25,102 nucleotides of DNA from positions 1 through 25,102 of the IMG/VR virus record IMGVR_UViG_3300045412_000768. One strand, 5' to 3'. The position numbers and the translations under genes were made by a program. The stretch's first letter is position 1. Every line of letters starts with the position of its first letter. Below the pieces are notes generated by a model. It made no database searches, had not been told where the DNA came from, and saw only the letters and a program-made list of their open reading frames with translations. Positions 14,822-23,423 of the stretch are shown piece by piece. The DNA comes from a virus (lineage: Duplodnaviria; Caudoviricetes).

Positions 14822-15588
14822 GCCGCAAAGCTCTTGCGCGTGGCGATCTCGCCGCTTGCGACGGGGCGGTTGCCCCACCACAGCCGGTCCATGTGATCGA
14901 CGCCCTCGGCATCGGCGAGGCGCTGGGCCGCGCGCAGGTTGTTGACGATACGGCGGGTGACGCCTCGGCAGCGTTCGGCGAAATAGATCGCGAGGTCATC
15001 GGCGATCAGGCTGGCGAGGCCGTAGTGGTTGCGGAGCAGCAGGGCATCGTCGGCCGATGCGGGTTCGGCGGCGCGGGCGACGAGGATGCGATTGTCGAAC
15101 CGCTCCCATTCCTTGAGCTTGGCGGGGAGCGCCTCCTCGCCGATCATCAGGATGGCGACGCCGGTCGCGTCGTGAATGTCGCGGATGACCTCGACCATCA
15201 GCTTTTTGACCAGGTGGTCCATTTCGTCGAGGATCACAGGGCGCGGCGCGCGGTTAAGCTCGTCGATGATCTGCTGCAGCAGGCGTGGCGCGGTGCGCTC
15301 GAAGCGGGTGATGCCGAGCTCGGCCGCGATCGCCTCGAGCAGCGCGCGGACGGTCCAGACGCTCTTCGCCTCGAGATAGATCGCGCCGGAAAGAGCGGCG
15401 GCGTAGGCGGCCGCCACGGTCTTTCCGTAGCCGGAAAAGCCGTAGAAGAGGCCCAGGCGCGGGCTGTCCTCGCCGGCTTCGGTGCAGTCGACCAGCGTCT
15501 GCATGAGCAGCGCCATGTTGGTCAGGGGGGCATAGCCCGCGCGCAGTCCCGCTGTCGCGGGTGCGGGCCGGGTCAATAAGGTGTGCAA
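14818..15588 (-). CDS. MuB-like AAA+ transposition ATPase (TTG start inferred)
   Basis: Walker A GFSGYGKT, Walker B VILDEMD, IRDIHD, ERFDNR; AGGAG RBS before TTG 15588. Confidence 0.92.
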   Translation of the reverse strand: MHTLLTRPAPATAGLRAGYAPLTNMALLMQTLVDCTEAGEDSPRLGLFYGFSGYGKTVAAAYAAALSGAIYLEAKSVWTVRALLEAIAAELGITRFERTAPRLLQQIIDELNRAPRPVILDEMDHLVKKLMVEVIRDIHDATGVAILMIGEEALPAKLKEWERFDNRILVARAAEPASADDALLLRNHYGLASLIADDLAIYFAERCRGVTRRIVNNLRAAQRLADAEGVDHMDRLWWGNRPVASGEIATRKSFAA

Positions 15589-15605
15589 GGCTCTTCTCCT
15601 TCTTC

Positions 15606-17468
15606 TCAGGCGGACGTGGTTCGGGCGGCGCCGAGGCTGTCGGCGATCGCGCGGTGGGCGCGATATTCGCTGCTGGTCGCGTAGCGTTGCGCACGGCGCA
15701 GCTCGTCGGCGTCGACATCCTGCCCCGCCGCGGCGGCGGCGATGACGGCGTCGGCCTCGCGCACCTTCTGGGCCGCGCTCTTCGGCATCGGAATGACGGC
15801 GGCCACGGTGCGCGGGCCGCGTGGCTCCGGCTGCGGCACCGACGCGGCCGCGCCCTGCGCGAGCGTGTCTATCGTCGGGGTCGAGTGCGGCTGGGTCGGC
15901 GGCGGCAGGTGGGCGAGCTTGCCCGCGGCCTCGGCCTCGCGGCGCAGCAGCTTGTCGCGCGCCTTTTCGAAGGTGACGCCGGTTGCGCGGGTCCGAGCCT
16001 TCAGCTCGGCCTTTTGCTCGCTGACCCAACGCTGCTGCTCGGCGCGTGCCTGCGTCGCGAATTCTTCCTGCGACAGGCCCGACCGCTGGTGGTTGATCGC
16101 GACGTCGATGAACAAGCCGTCGGGCGAGAAGATCAGCAGCTCGCCGAGATCGTCCTCGTCGCGGCGGACAATGACCTCGCGCCCGACCCAACCGGCGAGC
16201 CCCGCCGCCCAATAGCGACCGCCCTGCCACTGGATGCCGCGCTTGCCGACCGTGCGCTGGCCGACAAGCGCCGAGAGCGCCATGCGCAGCACGTCACCGG
16301 CGGGCGCGGCGCGAGCGGGGACCGGCGTCGACTGCCATTTCGCCATCGGCGTCATGCGCAGCGAGCTGTGCTCGCGAACATGATATTCACCGTCGGTCCA
16401 CGCATCGAGCGCGGCCTGCAGGTCGGCGGCCGACATGCGGGGCACGATGAGCGCGCGGCCTGTTTGCTTGCGCGCCCGCGCGCGCAGTTTCTGCGCCTCG
16501 GCGACGTTGTGGCCGAGATAGCCGTCGAACAGCTCGGCGCGGTCGCGGGTGAAGGTGCCGAACACGCGCTCGACATGCGGCTTCTTCTCCGGCGATCCCG
16601 GCGGGCATGGCCAATGCTCGATGCCCAGCAGCTCCAGCGCAGAGACGATCGAGCCGTTGATGAAGCCAGAGCCCTGGTCGGTCATCACGACTTCGGGCAT
16701 GACGCCCCAGCGCGCGATCGCCGTGGTGAGCAGCCGGCGCACCGACTGCGCACTCTCCGATTCACACACCATGAACAGGACGCGGCGCGACCAGCGGTCT
16801 ATCAGCCCGAGCACCATCTTGCGGCCGTCCGTCGTCATGACGTCCGCGGGCGTGGTGTCGATTTCCCAGATCTGATGCGCGCGATCGGTGTTGCCGTCGG
16901 CGCGACCGAGGGCGAGGCGATATTTGCCCTTGTAGGTGTCGGGGTCGCGCACCGAGGCGATGACGACTTTGCGCTCGTCCTCCAGTCGGGCGATGAAGCG
17001 CTGCAGCGAACGCTTCGACGGCAGGTGGACGAAATCCTCCTTCAGCAGCTTCAGGACGGCGGTCGACGACAGGCAGCGTTCGGTGATGTACATTTCGACC
17101 ACCGCGGCCACGTCGGGGTTCTGGGTGAAATAGTCCGACCCTCGAGGGCGGCCGACCGGCGCCGCTTTGACGGCGTCCAGGCGCTGGTCGCGGAGCGCGG
17201 CCTGCGCATCGACCGGCAAATCGGTGACGCGATACAGCCGTCCGCCACCGCGCCCGACCCGATCGATATAGGCCCATCCATCGGCGGCGGCGCGTCGCAC
17301 GATCGCGCTGTGCGTTGTCGGCAGGCCGGGCAAAGCAGCAGCAGCCAGCTCCTTTGCCGAGACGAAGCCCGGCAGTTTGCCGGTCACTGTGCCGTCTTGA
17401 GACGGGTCGAGTTGGGAACGAACAGGGGACGTTGGCGCTTTGCGCGGAGTGTGATACGCCCCCTTCAT
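15606..17468 (-). CDS. MuA-like DDE transposase
   Basis: N-terminal Mu DNA-binding domain (SAKELA..LPGLP..GRGGG..Y....LP); WEIDTTPAD, TDQGSGF, KPHVERVF. Confidence 0.95.
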   Translation of the reverse strand: MKGAYHTPRKAPTSPVRSQLDPSQDGTVTGKLPGFVSAKELAAAALPGLPTTHSAIVRRAAADGWAYIDRVGRGGGRLYRVTDLPVDAQAALRDQRLDAVKAAPVGRPRGSDYFTQNPDVAAVVEMYITERCLSSTAVLKLLKEDFVHLPSKRSLQRFIARLEDERKVVIASVRDPDTYKGKYRLALGRADGNTDRAHQIWEIDTTPADVMTTDGRKMVLGLIDRWSRRVLFMVCESESAQSVRRLLTTAIARWGVMPEVVMTDQGSGFINGSIVSALELLGIEHWPCPPGSPEKKPHVERVFGTFTRDRAELFDGYLGHNVAEAQKLRARARKQTGRALIVPRMSAADLQAALDAWTDGEYHVREHSSLRMTPMAKWQSTPVPARAAPAGDVLRMALSALVGQRTVGKRGIQWQGGRYWAAGLAGWVGREVIVRRDEDDLGELLIFSPDGLFIDVAINHQRSGLSQEEFATQARAEQQRWVSEQKAELKARTRATGVTFEKARDKLLRREAEAAGKLAHLPPPTQPHSTPTIDTLAQGAAASVPQPEPRGPRTVAAVIPMPKSAAQKVREADAVIAAAAAGQDVDADELRRAQRYATSSEYRAHRAIADSLGAARTTSA

Positions 17469-17740
17469 GCGTGCACCTGCGGGGCTGCGGGTGCCGCGCG
17501 GTAGCGGATGCGCTTACCTTTGGCGTTGTAGCGGGAGGGCCAAATCTGATGCGGTTTCAAACCGATGAAATCTGCGATGATCTGGTCGATACGCTCGGAA
17601 GCGCGCCGATCAATCGCGGCACTGATGGACTGTTTCGAGACGCCGGCGGTGGACGCGAGTTCTGCCAGGGTAGAGCCCTGCTTGCGGATCGCCGCCTTGA
17701 CGTCCTCGGGATGCCAGTCGGTTTGAAGGTCGTTCTGCAT
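17465..17740 (-). CDS. ner: Ner-like transcriptional regulator
   Basis: DWHPEDVKAAIRKQGSTLAEL..IIADFIG..P..IWPSRY. Confidence 0.92.
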   Translation of the reverse strand: MQNDLQTDWHPEDVKAAIRKQGSTLAELASTAGVSKQSISAAIDRRASERIDQIIADFIGLKPHQIWPSRYNAKGKRIRYRAAPAAPQVHA

Positions 17741-17778
17741 GACGACTTGTCAATATGACCGGTAAAATGACAGGTCAA
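17740..17778. promoter_or_regulatory. Immunity switch: TGAC/GTCA operator repeats overlapping both starts
   Basis: TGAC-N5-GTCA 17740-17752; TGACCGGTAA 17756-17765; TGACAGGTCA 17768-17777; minus-strand TTGACC-17-TATTGA. Confidence 0.55.
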
Positions 17779-18459
17779 CCGAAAAATGAGCGGGCGCGCG
17801 TCGTCGGCTGGTCGCAGGATGCCGCGGACAGGTTGAAAGAGGCCGTCAAGGCCTACGGCCCCGTGGGTTCGGTGGCGGAATTGGTGGGGATCAAGCGGCA
17901 ATCATTGAGCGAGATCCTTCAGGGGCGAGCGACGCCAACGGTCGGAACCTTCGAGAAATTGTGCGAGCTGCTGAAGGTGCGTCCGGCCTTCATCCTGGTG
18001 GTAGAGGACGTTGACGAAGATGTGGCCGAACCATCGGAGGACATGGCCGGTGTCGTCGCCATCAACGAAATCAACCTCGCTTACGGCATGGGTGCGACGT
18101 TCATCGACGGTGGGCCTGTCAAGGAAACTGTCCGGTATTTTGCGCTGGACTGGCTGCGCGTCTATACGCAGGCGCCGCCAAGCCAGCTGCGTTTCGCGCC
18201 GGGGCGCGGCAATTCGATGTCGCCGACGATCGACGACGGCGACATCATGTTGATCGACCTGTCGGAAAAGACGCCGAGTTTCGCGGATCTGATATGGGTG
18301 TGCGCCATCGGCGAAATGGGGATGGTCAAACGGCTGTCGGCGAAGCCGGGCGGCGCGATCGTCATCAAGAGCGACAATCCGAGCGTTCCCGACGATATCG
18401 TTCACGACGGCGAGATCCATGTTGTCGGCCGCGTCGTCGCGGTCATAAAGCGAGTTTAG
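17755..18459 (+). CDS. Prophage repressor, XRE HTH + S24 peptidase (start 17755 or 17767)
   Basis: VAELVGIKRQSLSEILQG HTH; GNSMSPTIDDGD and MVKRL; divergent from ner. Confidence 0.92.
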   Translation: MTGKMTGQPKNERARVVGWSQDAADRLKEAVKAYGPVGSVAELVGIKRQSLSEILQGRATPTVGTFEKLCELLKVRPAFILVVEDVDEDVAEPSEDMAGVVAINEINLAYGMGATFIDGGPVKETVRYFALDWLRVYTQAPPSQLRFAPGRGNSMSPTIDDGDIMLIDLSEKTPSFADLIWVCAIGEMGMVKRLSAKPGGAIVIKSDNPSVPDDIVHDGEIHVVGRVVAVIKRV

Positions 18460-18467
18460 GGGTGTTT

Positions 18468-18818
18468 ATGCCGAGAGTCTTCAGCCTGTTCCTGCTCTCT
18501 GCGGCCGCGTTGCCCGCCCAGGCGATCGCCGCGCCCGCCTATATGACTTGCACGTTCGTCAGCGATGGCGGCGCGAGGTCGGAGGTGAAGATCACGGCCG
18601 ACGAGGCGGCGGGGACCGTCGATGTGTTCGTGCCGTCGACTGGCTTCAATCAGCGATTGCCCGGCACGTTCACCGCGGACCGTCTGCTGTTCAAGGACAA
18701 GATGCTGGATTATGCGATCAGCCGCGTAGACTTGACCGCCGTCAGGACCATCCGGATGATCGATTCGACCGACAAGGGAAAGTGTTCGATCGACCCTGCG
18801 CCGAAGCGAGCATTCTGA
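18468..18818 (+). CDS. Exported protein with signal peptide (moron-like, 116 aa)
   Basis: MPRVFSLFLLSAAALPAQAIAA signal-like N-terminus; two Cys; 8 bp after the repressor stop. Confidence 0.75.
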   Translation: MPRVFSLFLLSAAALPAQAIAAPAYMTCTFVSDGGARSEVKITADEAAGTVDVFVPSTGFNQRLPGTFTADRLLFKDKMLDYAISRVDLTAVRTIRMIDSTDKGKCSIDPAPKRAF

Positions 18819-19035
18819 CCTGCCGAAATAAGGCCCGTACAGCGCATCGGGGTCGCGGACGGATAAATCCGCATCTTTTGCCGAAGACCCCCTTGGGCAT
18901 CGTGCCCACGGCAAATTTCGGGCAAGTGGAATGAACCCGCGACCCGTCATGTCGGTTACATGATCACCTCCATCGGTTTGCTGCTCTTGCCACTGCGGCA
19001 AATGACGGGCTAAGCGATAGCTCGCGACCCAGAAA

Positions 19036-19069
19036 GCAAGGGGGCGTCCGTCGGCGGACGCCCCCTTGC
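19036..19069 (+). promoter_or_regulatory. Perfect 15-bp inverted repeat containing the putative late-activator site
   Basis: GCAAGGGGGCGTCCG-TCGG-CGGACGCCCCCTTGC upstream of the protease gene. Confidence 0.65.
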
Positions 19070-19096
19070 CGTTCCGCCCCCGCCTAAGTCCGGGGC

Positions 19097-20083
19097 ATGA
19101 CGATTGAAACCGCCACCGACAAGCCGTTGAAGCCGATCCGGATATTCCGGAAAGGGACGTTCACGTCGGTCGAGGGCGACCAGATCACCTTCGGTGAAGC
19201 CGAGCTGGCGGGCATCGTCTCCAGCTATAACGCCGAAGCCAACCCCGCGCCGCTGGTCGTCGGGCATCCCAAGCTCAACGATCCGGCCTATGGCTGGGTC
19301 GATCGTCTGGCGATCGAGGATGGCGAGGTTGTCGCCTATCCGGATCCAAAGCTGACCGAGCCGGCGTTCGCCGAGGCTGTCAATGCCGGGCGCTATCGCA
19401 AGATCTCCGCGCAATTCTATCCGCCCGCCAACGCCAACAACCCGGTGCCGGGCGAATATTACCTGAAGCATGTCGGCTTCCTCGGCGCGCACCCGCCCTC
19501 GGTCAAAGGCCTGGGCACGGTGAGCTTCGCCGACGGCGATGTCGGCCCCCTCGTCACCTTCGAACAGGAGAATGTCATGTCGGACAGCAACGACAAAGAT
19601 CGCGAAAGCAAGGATAAGGAAGTCAGCTTCGCCGAGCGCGAGAAGGCGCTCAGCGACCGCGAGGCCGCGATCAAGGCGCGCGAGGATGCGGCCAACGAAA
19701 AGGCCGCGGCGGATCGTCACGACGCCAATGTCAGCTTTGCCGAGGGGCTTTTCGCCGCCGCGAAGATCAAGCCCGAGGGCAAGGATCTGCTGATCGGCGT
19801 GCTCGACGCGCTGGGCGAATCGAACGCCGACACGATCAGCTTTGGCGAAGGCGCCGAGCTGACGCCGCGCGATGCGCTGGTCAAGCTGCTCGATGCGGCG
19901 CAGCCGCTCGTCAGCCTGGGCGAGGCCGCGGCCGACGACGGCAAGGCGATCGGCGAGCTCGATCCCGCCGCTATCGCCGAAGAGGCCGCCTCGTTTGCCG
20001 AGAGCGAAGCCAAGGCGGGTCGCCCGATCTCGACGGCGCGCGCCGTCCGTCACGTCACCGAAAAAGCAAAGAAGGGAGCATAA
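19097..20083 (+). CDS. Prohead protease/scaffold (Mu gpI-like)
   Basis: IFRKGT, APLVVGHP..PAYGWV, YRKISAQFY, YLKHVGFLGAHPPSVKGL; acidic coiled-coil C-half. Confidence 0.9.
   Translation: MTIETATDKPLKPIRIFRKGTFTSVEGDQITFGEAELAGIVSSYNAEANPAPLVVGHPKLNDPAYGWVDRLAIEDGEVVAYPDPKLTEPAFAEAVNAGRYRKISAQFYPPANANNPVPGEYYLKHVGFLGAHPPSVKGLGTVSFADGDVGPLVTFEQENVMSDSNDKDRESKDKEVSFAEREKALSDREAAIKAREDAANEKAAADRHDANVSFAEGLFAAAKIKPEGKDLLIGVLDALGESNADTISFGEGAELTPRDALVKLLDAAQPLVSLGEAAADDGKAIGELDPAAIAEEAASFAESEAKAGRPISTARAVRHVTEKAKKGA
19577..20083 (+). CDS. Putative nested in-frame scaffold protein (Mu gpZ-like)
   Basis: Internal AGGAG RBS before in-frame ATG (M161, MSDSNDK). Confidence 0.6.
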   Translation: MSDSNDKDRESKDKEVSFAEREKALSDREAAIKAREDAANEKAAADRHDANVSFAEGLFAAAKIKPEGKDLLIGVLDALGESNADTISFGEGAELTPRDALVKLLDAAQPLVSLGEAAADDGKAIGELDPAAIAEEAASFAESEAKAGRPISTARAVRHVTEKAKKGA

Positions 20084-20087
20084 TCCG

Positions 20088-20468
20088 ATGGCTGGCCTGA
20101 GCACCACCCTCACCAAGAATTCCAGGGCAGAGGCCGCCGTGCCGCGACGCCGCATCGTCAAGTTCGGCGCCGCCGACAACGCGGTCCTCGTTGGCGCGGC
20201 CTCGACCGACAAGATCTTCGCCATTTCGTCGGAGATCGACGCGGCGATCGGCGAGCCTTGCGACATCCATATCGGCGGCATTGCCGAGGTCGAATACGGC
20301 GGCGCCGTCACCCGCGGCGACTATCTGACGTCCGATGGCGTCGGCCGCGCGGTCGCGGCCGCGCCGGGCGCGGGCGTCAACGCATCGATCATCGGGCAGG
20401 CGATGGTGTCGGGCGTGCTCGGCGACATCGGCAGCTGCACCATCTTCCCTGGGCGCATCCAGGGCTGA
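20088..20468 (+). CDS. Capsid cement/decoration protein (DUF2190-like)
   Basis: GIAEVEYGGAVTRGDYLTSDGVGRAV; lies between protease and capsid. Confidence 0.8.
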   Translation: MAGLSTTLTKNSRAEAAVPRRRIVKFGAADNAVLVGAASTDKIFAISSEIDAAIGEPCDIHIGGIAEVEYGGAVTRGDYLTSDGVGRAVAAAPGAGVNASIIGQAMVSGVLGDIGSCTIFPGRIQG

Positions 20469-20526
20469 TCCCGTCCCGGCGTTTCGGCGCCGGGGTTTTC
20501 CGATCCCGTTCAATTGAGGAGCGACT

Positions 20527-21456
20527 ATGTCTCTGTCCGCCTACCCCATCGATCCGCACCTCACCGCGATCGCCATCGCCTACAGGAATGCGGCCTATAT
20601 CGCCGACCAGGTGCTGCCGCGCGTGCGCGTCGGCAAGCAGAAGTTCACCTTCCTGCAGTATGCGTCGGATCAGTACTTCAACATCCCCGACACGCTGGTC
20701 GGGCGCCGGTCGAAGCCGAACGAGGTCAACCTCGAGGCGACCGAGGTGACCGACTCGACGTTCGACTATGCGCTCGATGGCGGCATCCCCAAGGCCGACG
20801 AGGATAACGCCGACGAGCGTTACGATCCGCTGGGCAGCGAAGTCGAGTTCCTTCAGGAACTGATCGCCCTCGATCGGGAGGCGCGCGCAGCCGGTCTGGT
20901 GTTCACCAACGGCAACTACAACGCCGGCCTGCGCCAGACGCTCTCGGGCACGTCGCAGTTCAGCGACTATGCCAACAGCACGCCGATCAAGAAGATCAAC
21001 GAGGCGCTGGACCTTCCGCTCGTCCGCCCGAACCAGATGGTGTTCGGTCAGGAGGGGTGGACTTCGTTCCGCCAGCACCCCGAGATCGTCGAGGCGGTGC
21101 TCGGCACCGGCGCAAAGAAGGGCAATGTGACGCGCCAGGCCGTGGCCGAGCTGTTCGAGGTCGACGAAGTCGTCGTCGGCGCTTCGCGCAGCAACTCGGC
21201 CAAGCGCGGACAGGCTCCGGCGCTGACGCGGTTGTGGGGCAAGCATCTGGCGCTGACCCACAAGGCGCCGGTTCCCGAAGCGAAGGGCGCGCTGCAGTTC
21301 GGTGCCACCTTCCAGTGGGGCGACCGCATCGCTGCCCAGTGGGAAGACAAGAATATTGGCATGCGGGGCGGCACGGCCTGCCGTACCGGCGAGAGCGTCA
21401 AGGAACGCATCGTCGCGAACGACGCCGGCTACTTCTTCAACAACGCCTTCGCCTGA
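20527..21456 (+). CDS. Major capsid protein
   Basis: IDPHLTAIAIAYRN..IADQVLPRV, LDRE.R, PN.MV.G..W...RQHP; GAGGAG RBS; synteny. Confidence 0.9.
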   Translation: MSLSAYPIDPHLTAIAIAYRNAAYIADQVLPRVRVGKQKFTFLQYASDQYFNIPDTLVGRRSKPNEVNLEATEVTDSTFDYALDGGIPKADEDNADERYDPLGSEVEFLQELIALDREARAAGLVFTNGNYNAGLRQTLSGTSQFSDYANSTPIKKINEALDLPLVRPNQMVFGQEGWTSFRQHPEIVEAVLGTGAKKGNVTRQAVAELFEVDEVVVGASRSNSAKRGQAPALTRLWGKHLALTHKAPVPEAKGALQFGATFQWGDRIAAQWEDKNIGMRGGTACRTGESVKERIVANDAGYFFNNAFA

Positions 21457-21486
21457 TCGGCGGCGCCGCGCGCGCTGTCGATCCAA

Positions 21487-21525
21487 AAAGGGGCGCCGCG
21501 TCAGGCGCGGTGCCCCTTTCTTCTT
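21487..21525 (+). terminator. Intrinsic terminator-like hairpin after the capsid gene
   Basis: AAAGGGGCGCCGCG-TCAGG-CGCGGTGCCCCTTT followed by CTTCTT. Confidence 0.65.
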
Positions 21526-21564
21526 CCCGACCCGGTTCCCCTTCGCTTTCATGGGAGATTTTCA

Positions 21565-22245
21565 ATGGGTAGCTACCCCGTACTCGAACGCCTCGACCAC
21601 AATGGCAAATCCTATGGCCCCGGCGATATCGTAGAGATCGACGACGCCGATACGGCCTATGACCTTCTGATTGTCGGCGTGATCGGCGCGGAAGGCGAGC
21701 CCGCCATTCTGTCGTCGACCATCATCGGTGGCGATCTCTTCGCAGCCGAGCCTCTGGCTGATGGAAATTTCCCGGTGCTCGAGCGCCTCGATCACGACGG
21801 CGAGACCTATAAGCCCGGCGACACGATCGTGATCACCAGCGCCAAGGTCGCGGCCGAGCTGCAGATCGCGGGCGCGATCGGCGGCGGTGCGGTTGTCGAC
21901 GCGCCCGTCGAGGACGATGCCCAGGATGATGGCGATGTCGACGAACCGGTCATCGAAACGCCTGCGGCGCCTGTTGCCGCTGCGGACGTAACGCCGCCCG
22001 CCGCCGAGACGAAGTCCGCCACGGAAACTGCTCCTGCCCCGACGCCCACTCCGACTCCGACGCCGACCCCGACCCCGACGCCCACTCCGACGCCCACTCC
22101 GACGCCCACTCCGACTCCGACGCCGACCCCGACCCCGACGCCCACTCCGACGCCCACTCCGGCCCCGTCGGCCAAGCCCGCCGGGGCGAAGCCGGCGGCC
22201 AAGAAGACCGCCGCCGCCAAGCCCGCCACTGCGACCAAGTCGTAA
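21565..22245 (+). CDS. Capsid-adjacent protein with two repeated small domains and a Pro-Thr linker
   Basis: [18 protein letters not shown] and [18 protein letters not shown]; (PT)20; Lys/Ala-rich tail. Confidence 0.8.
   Translation: MGSYPVLERLDHNGKSYGPGDIVEIDDADTAYDLLIVGVIGAEGEPAILSSTIIGGDLFAAEPLADGNFPVLERLDHDGETYKPGDTIVITSAKVAAELQIAGAIGGGAVVDAPVEDDAQDDGDVDEPVIETPAAPVAAADVTPPAAETKSATETAPAPTPTPTPTPTPTPTPTPTPTPTPTPTPTPTPTPTPTPTPTPAPSAKPAGAKPAAKKTAAAKPATATKS
22039..22158 (+). repeat. (Pro-Thr)20 coding repeat = exact 60-bp tandem duplication
   Basis: 22039-22098 is identical to 22099-22158. Confidence 0.92.
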
Positions 22246-22248
22246 TTC

Positions 22249-22476
22249 GTGGCGGCGCTGGTTTCCAACATCGGCGCCGTGATCATGCTGGCGGGCGTCA
22301 TCCTGATGGCCCTGCCGGTGATCCGCGCCGCGCCGTGGGGCTATGCCCCGCTGTTCGAAGCGGGGCTGGCGATCTTCCTGGTCGGGGTGCTGATCGCACT
22401 GCTCGGCGCGATCGGATGGATCCTCGGCTTTGCCTTCGCCTGGTCGCTGACCCTCTACCCCCTGTCGGGGGTGTAG
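22249..22476 (+). CDS. Small multi-TM membrane protein
   Basis: Almost wholly hydrophobic 75 aa; GTG 3 bp after the upstream stop; weak RBS. Confidence 0.6.
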   Translation: MAALVSNIGAVIMLAGVILMALPVIRAAPWGYAPLFEAGLAIFLVGVLIALLGAIGWILGFAFAWSLTLYPLSGV

Positions 22477-22477
22477 A

Positions 22478-22705
22478 ATGGTTGCGCTGGGGCTCCTCTA
22501 TCTCGGCATCTCGACCGCGCTGGCCGCGATCGTTGCAATCGGCGTGGCGGTCGCGCCCAGGGCGGATCGCGCCGAGCTGGCCGCGTGGGGCGTGGGCGCC
22601 GTCCTGCTGTGGCCGCTCGTCCTGGGCGGGCTGTTCCTCGATACCGTCGCCGCCGCGCTCGCCCACGTCTTCACCCGCTTTTCAGGATGGTTGAACGGCC
22701 GATGA
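22478..22705 (+). CDS. Small 2-TM membrane protein
   Basis: Two hydrophobic segments; ATGA overlap with the next gene. Confidence 0.65.
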   Translation: MVALGLLYLGISTALAAIVAIGVAVAPRADRAELAAWGVGAVLLWPLVLGGLFLDTVAAALAHVFTRFSGWLNGR

Positions 22706-23421
22706 AACTGATCGTCAAACAGCCCGTCGAGGTGTCACGCCTGCCGATGGAGTTCGGCGGGATCGCGACGATCAGCGCGCTGGTCGCGATCGATGTCGTG
22801 GATCGCGGGCTCGTATCGGGCGCGCAGCCGGTCGAGGCCGAGGGTCAATTGTTCGCCGGTGCGCTGACGCTGATCGTCGAAGGCGGCTCGGCTGGCGAAC
22901 GTTACCTGATCACCGTGACGGTCGACGATGCGAGCGGCGCGCGCGTGCAGCAAGAGGTCGAGGTCGTTGTCCTCGATCTTGCCTGGGCCATGCCCGACGG
23001 CGGCGCGCCGATGCTGTCAATCGCGGAATTCGTCGATCGCTTCGGCCTGGACGAGACTGTCCGCATGACCGACGAGCGCGGCGACGGCCGAATCGGCAAG
23101 GAACTGCTCGTAGGCGCACTGATCGCCGCGCAGGCAAAGGTCGAGGCGCCGCTGTCGGGCCGTTACGCGCTGCCGCTGGTCGACGTACCACAGATCGTCA
23201 AAGTGTGGATCGGCGACATTGCGCGAGCCAGCCTGTATCCGAACGGGGCGCCCGAAGGCATCGACGGTCCGGCCAAGCTCGCGCTGCGCGCGCTCGAGAG
23301 GGTCGAGGACGGCAAGTCGAGCCTGCCCGGCGTGCCCGCGGCGACGGCGCCGACCGAGGGCGGTACCGTGTCCTATCACTCGGGTGGCCGGCGCTATGCC
23401 AACGGCCTTTCGGACTATTGA
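22702..23421 (+). CDS. Mu gp36-like (DUF1320) head-tail adaptor with extra N-terminal beta domain
   Basis: C-half FVDRFG..E...LSGRYALPL..VP...DIAR..LY..LERVEDGK..L; N-terminal ~95 aa KQPVE..GGSAGERYLITVTV. Confidence 0.8.
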   Translation: MKLIVKQPVEVSRLPMEFGGIATISALVAIDVVDRGLVSGAQPVEAEGQLFAGALTLIVEGGSAGERYLITVTVDDASGARVQQEVEVVVLDLAWAMPDGGAPMLSIAEFVDRFGLDETVRMTDERGDGRIGKELLVGALIAAQAKVEAPLSGRYALPLVDVPQIVKVWIGDIARASLYPNGAPEGIDGPAKLALRALERVEDGKSSLPGVPAATAPTEGGTVSYHSGGRRYANGLSDY

Positions 23422-23423
23422 CC

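Noticed and set aside
19036-19069. 15-bp hairpin as a simple intrinsic terminator
   Set aside because: No U-tract on the plus strand and only TTT on the minus strand; its core recurs at 10347, favouring a protein-binding site, although a dual role is possible.
22039-22158. Tandem repeat as a CRISPR array
   Set aside because: No unique spacers and no cas genes; it is an in-frame Pro-Thr coding repeat.
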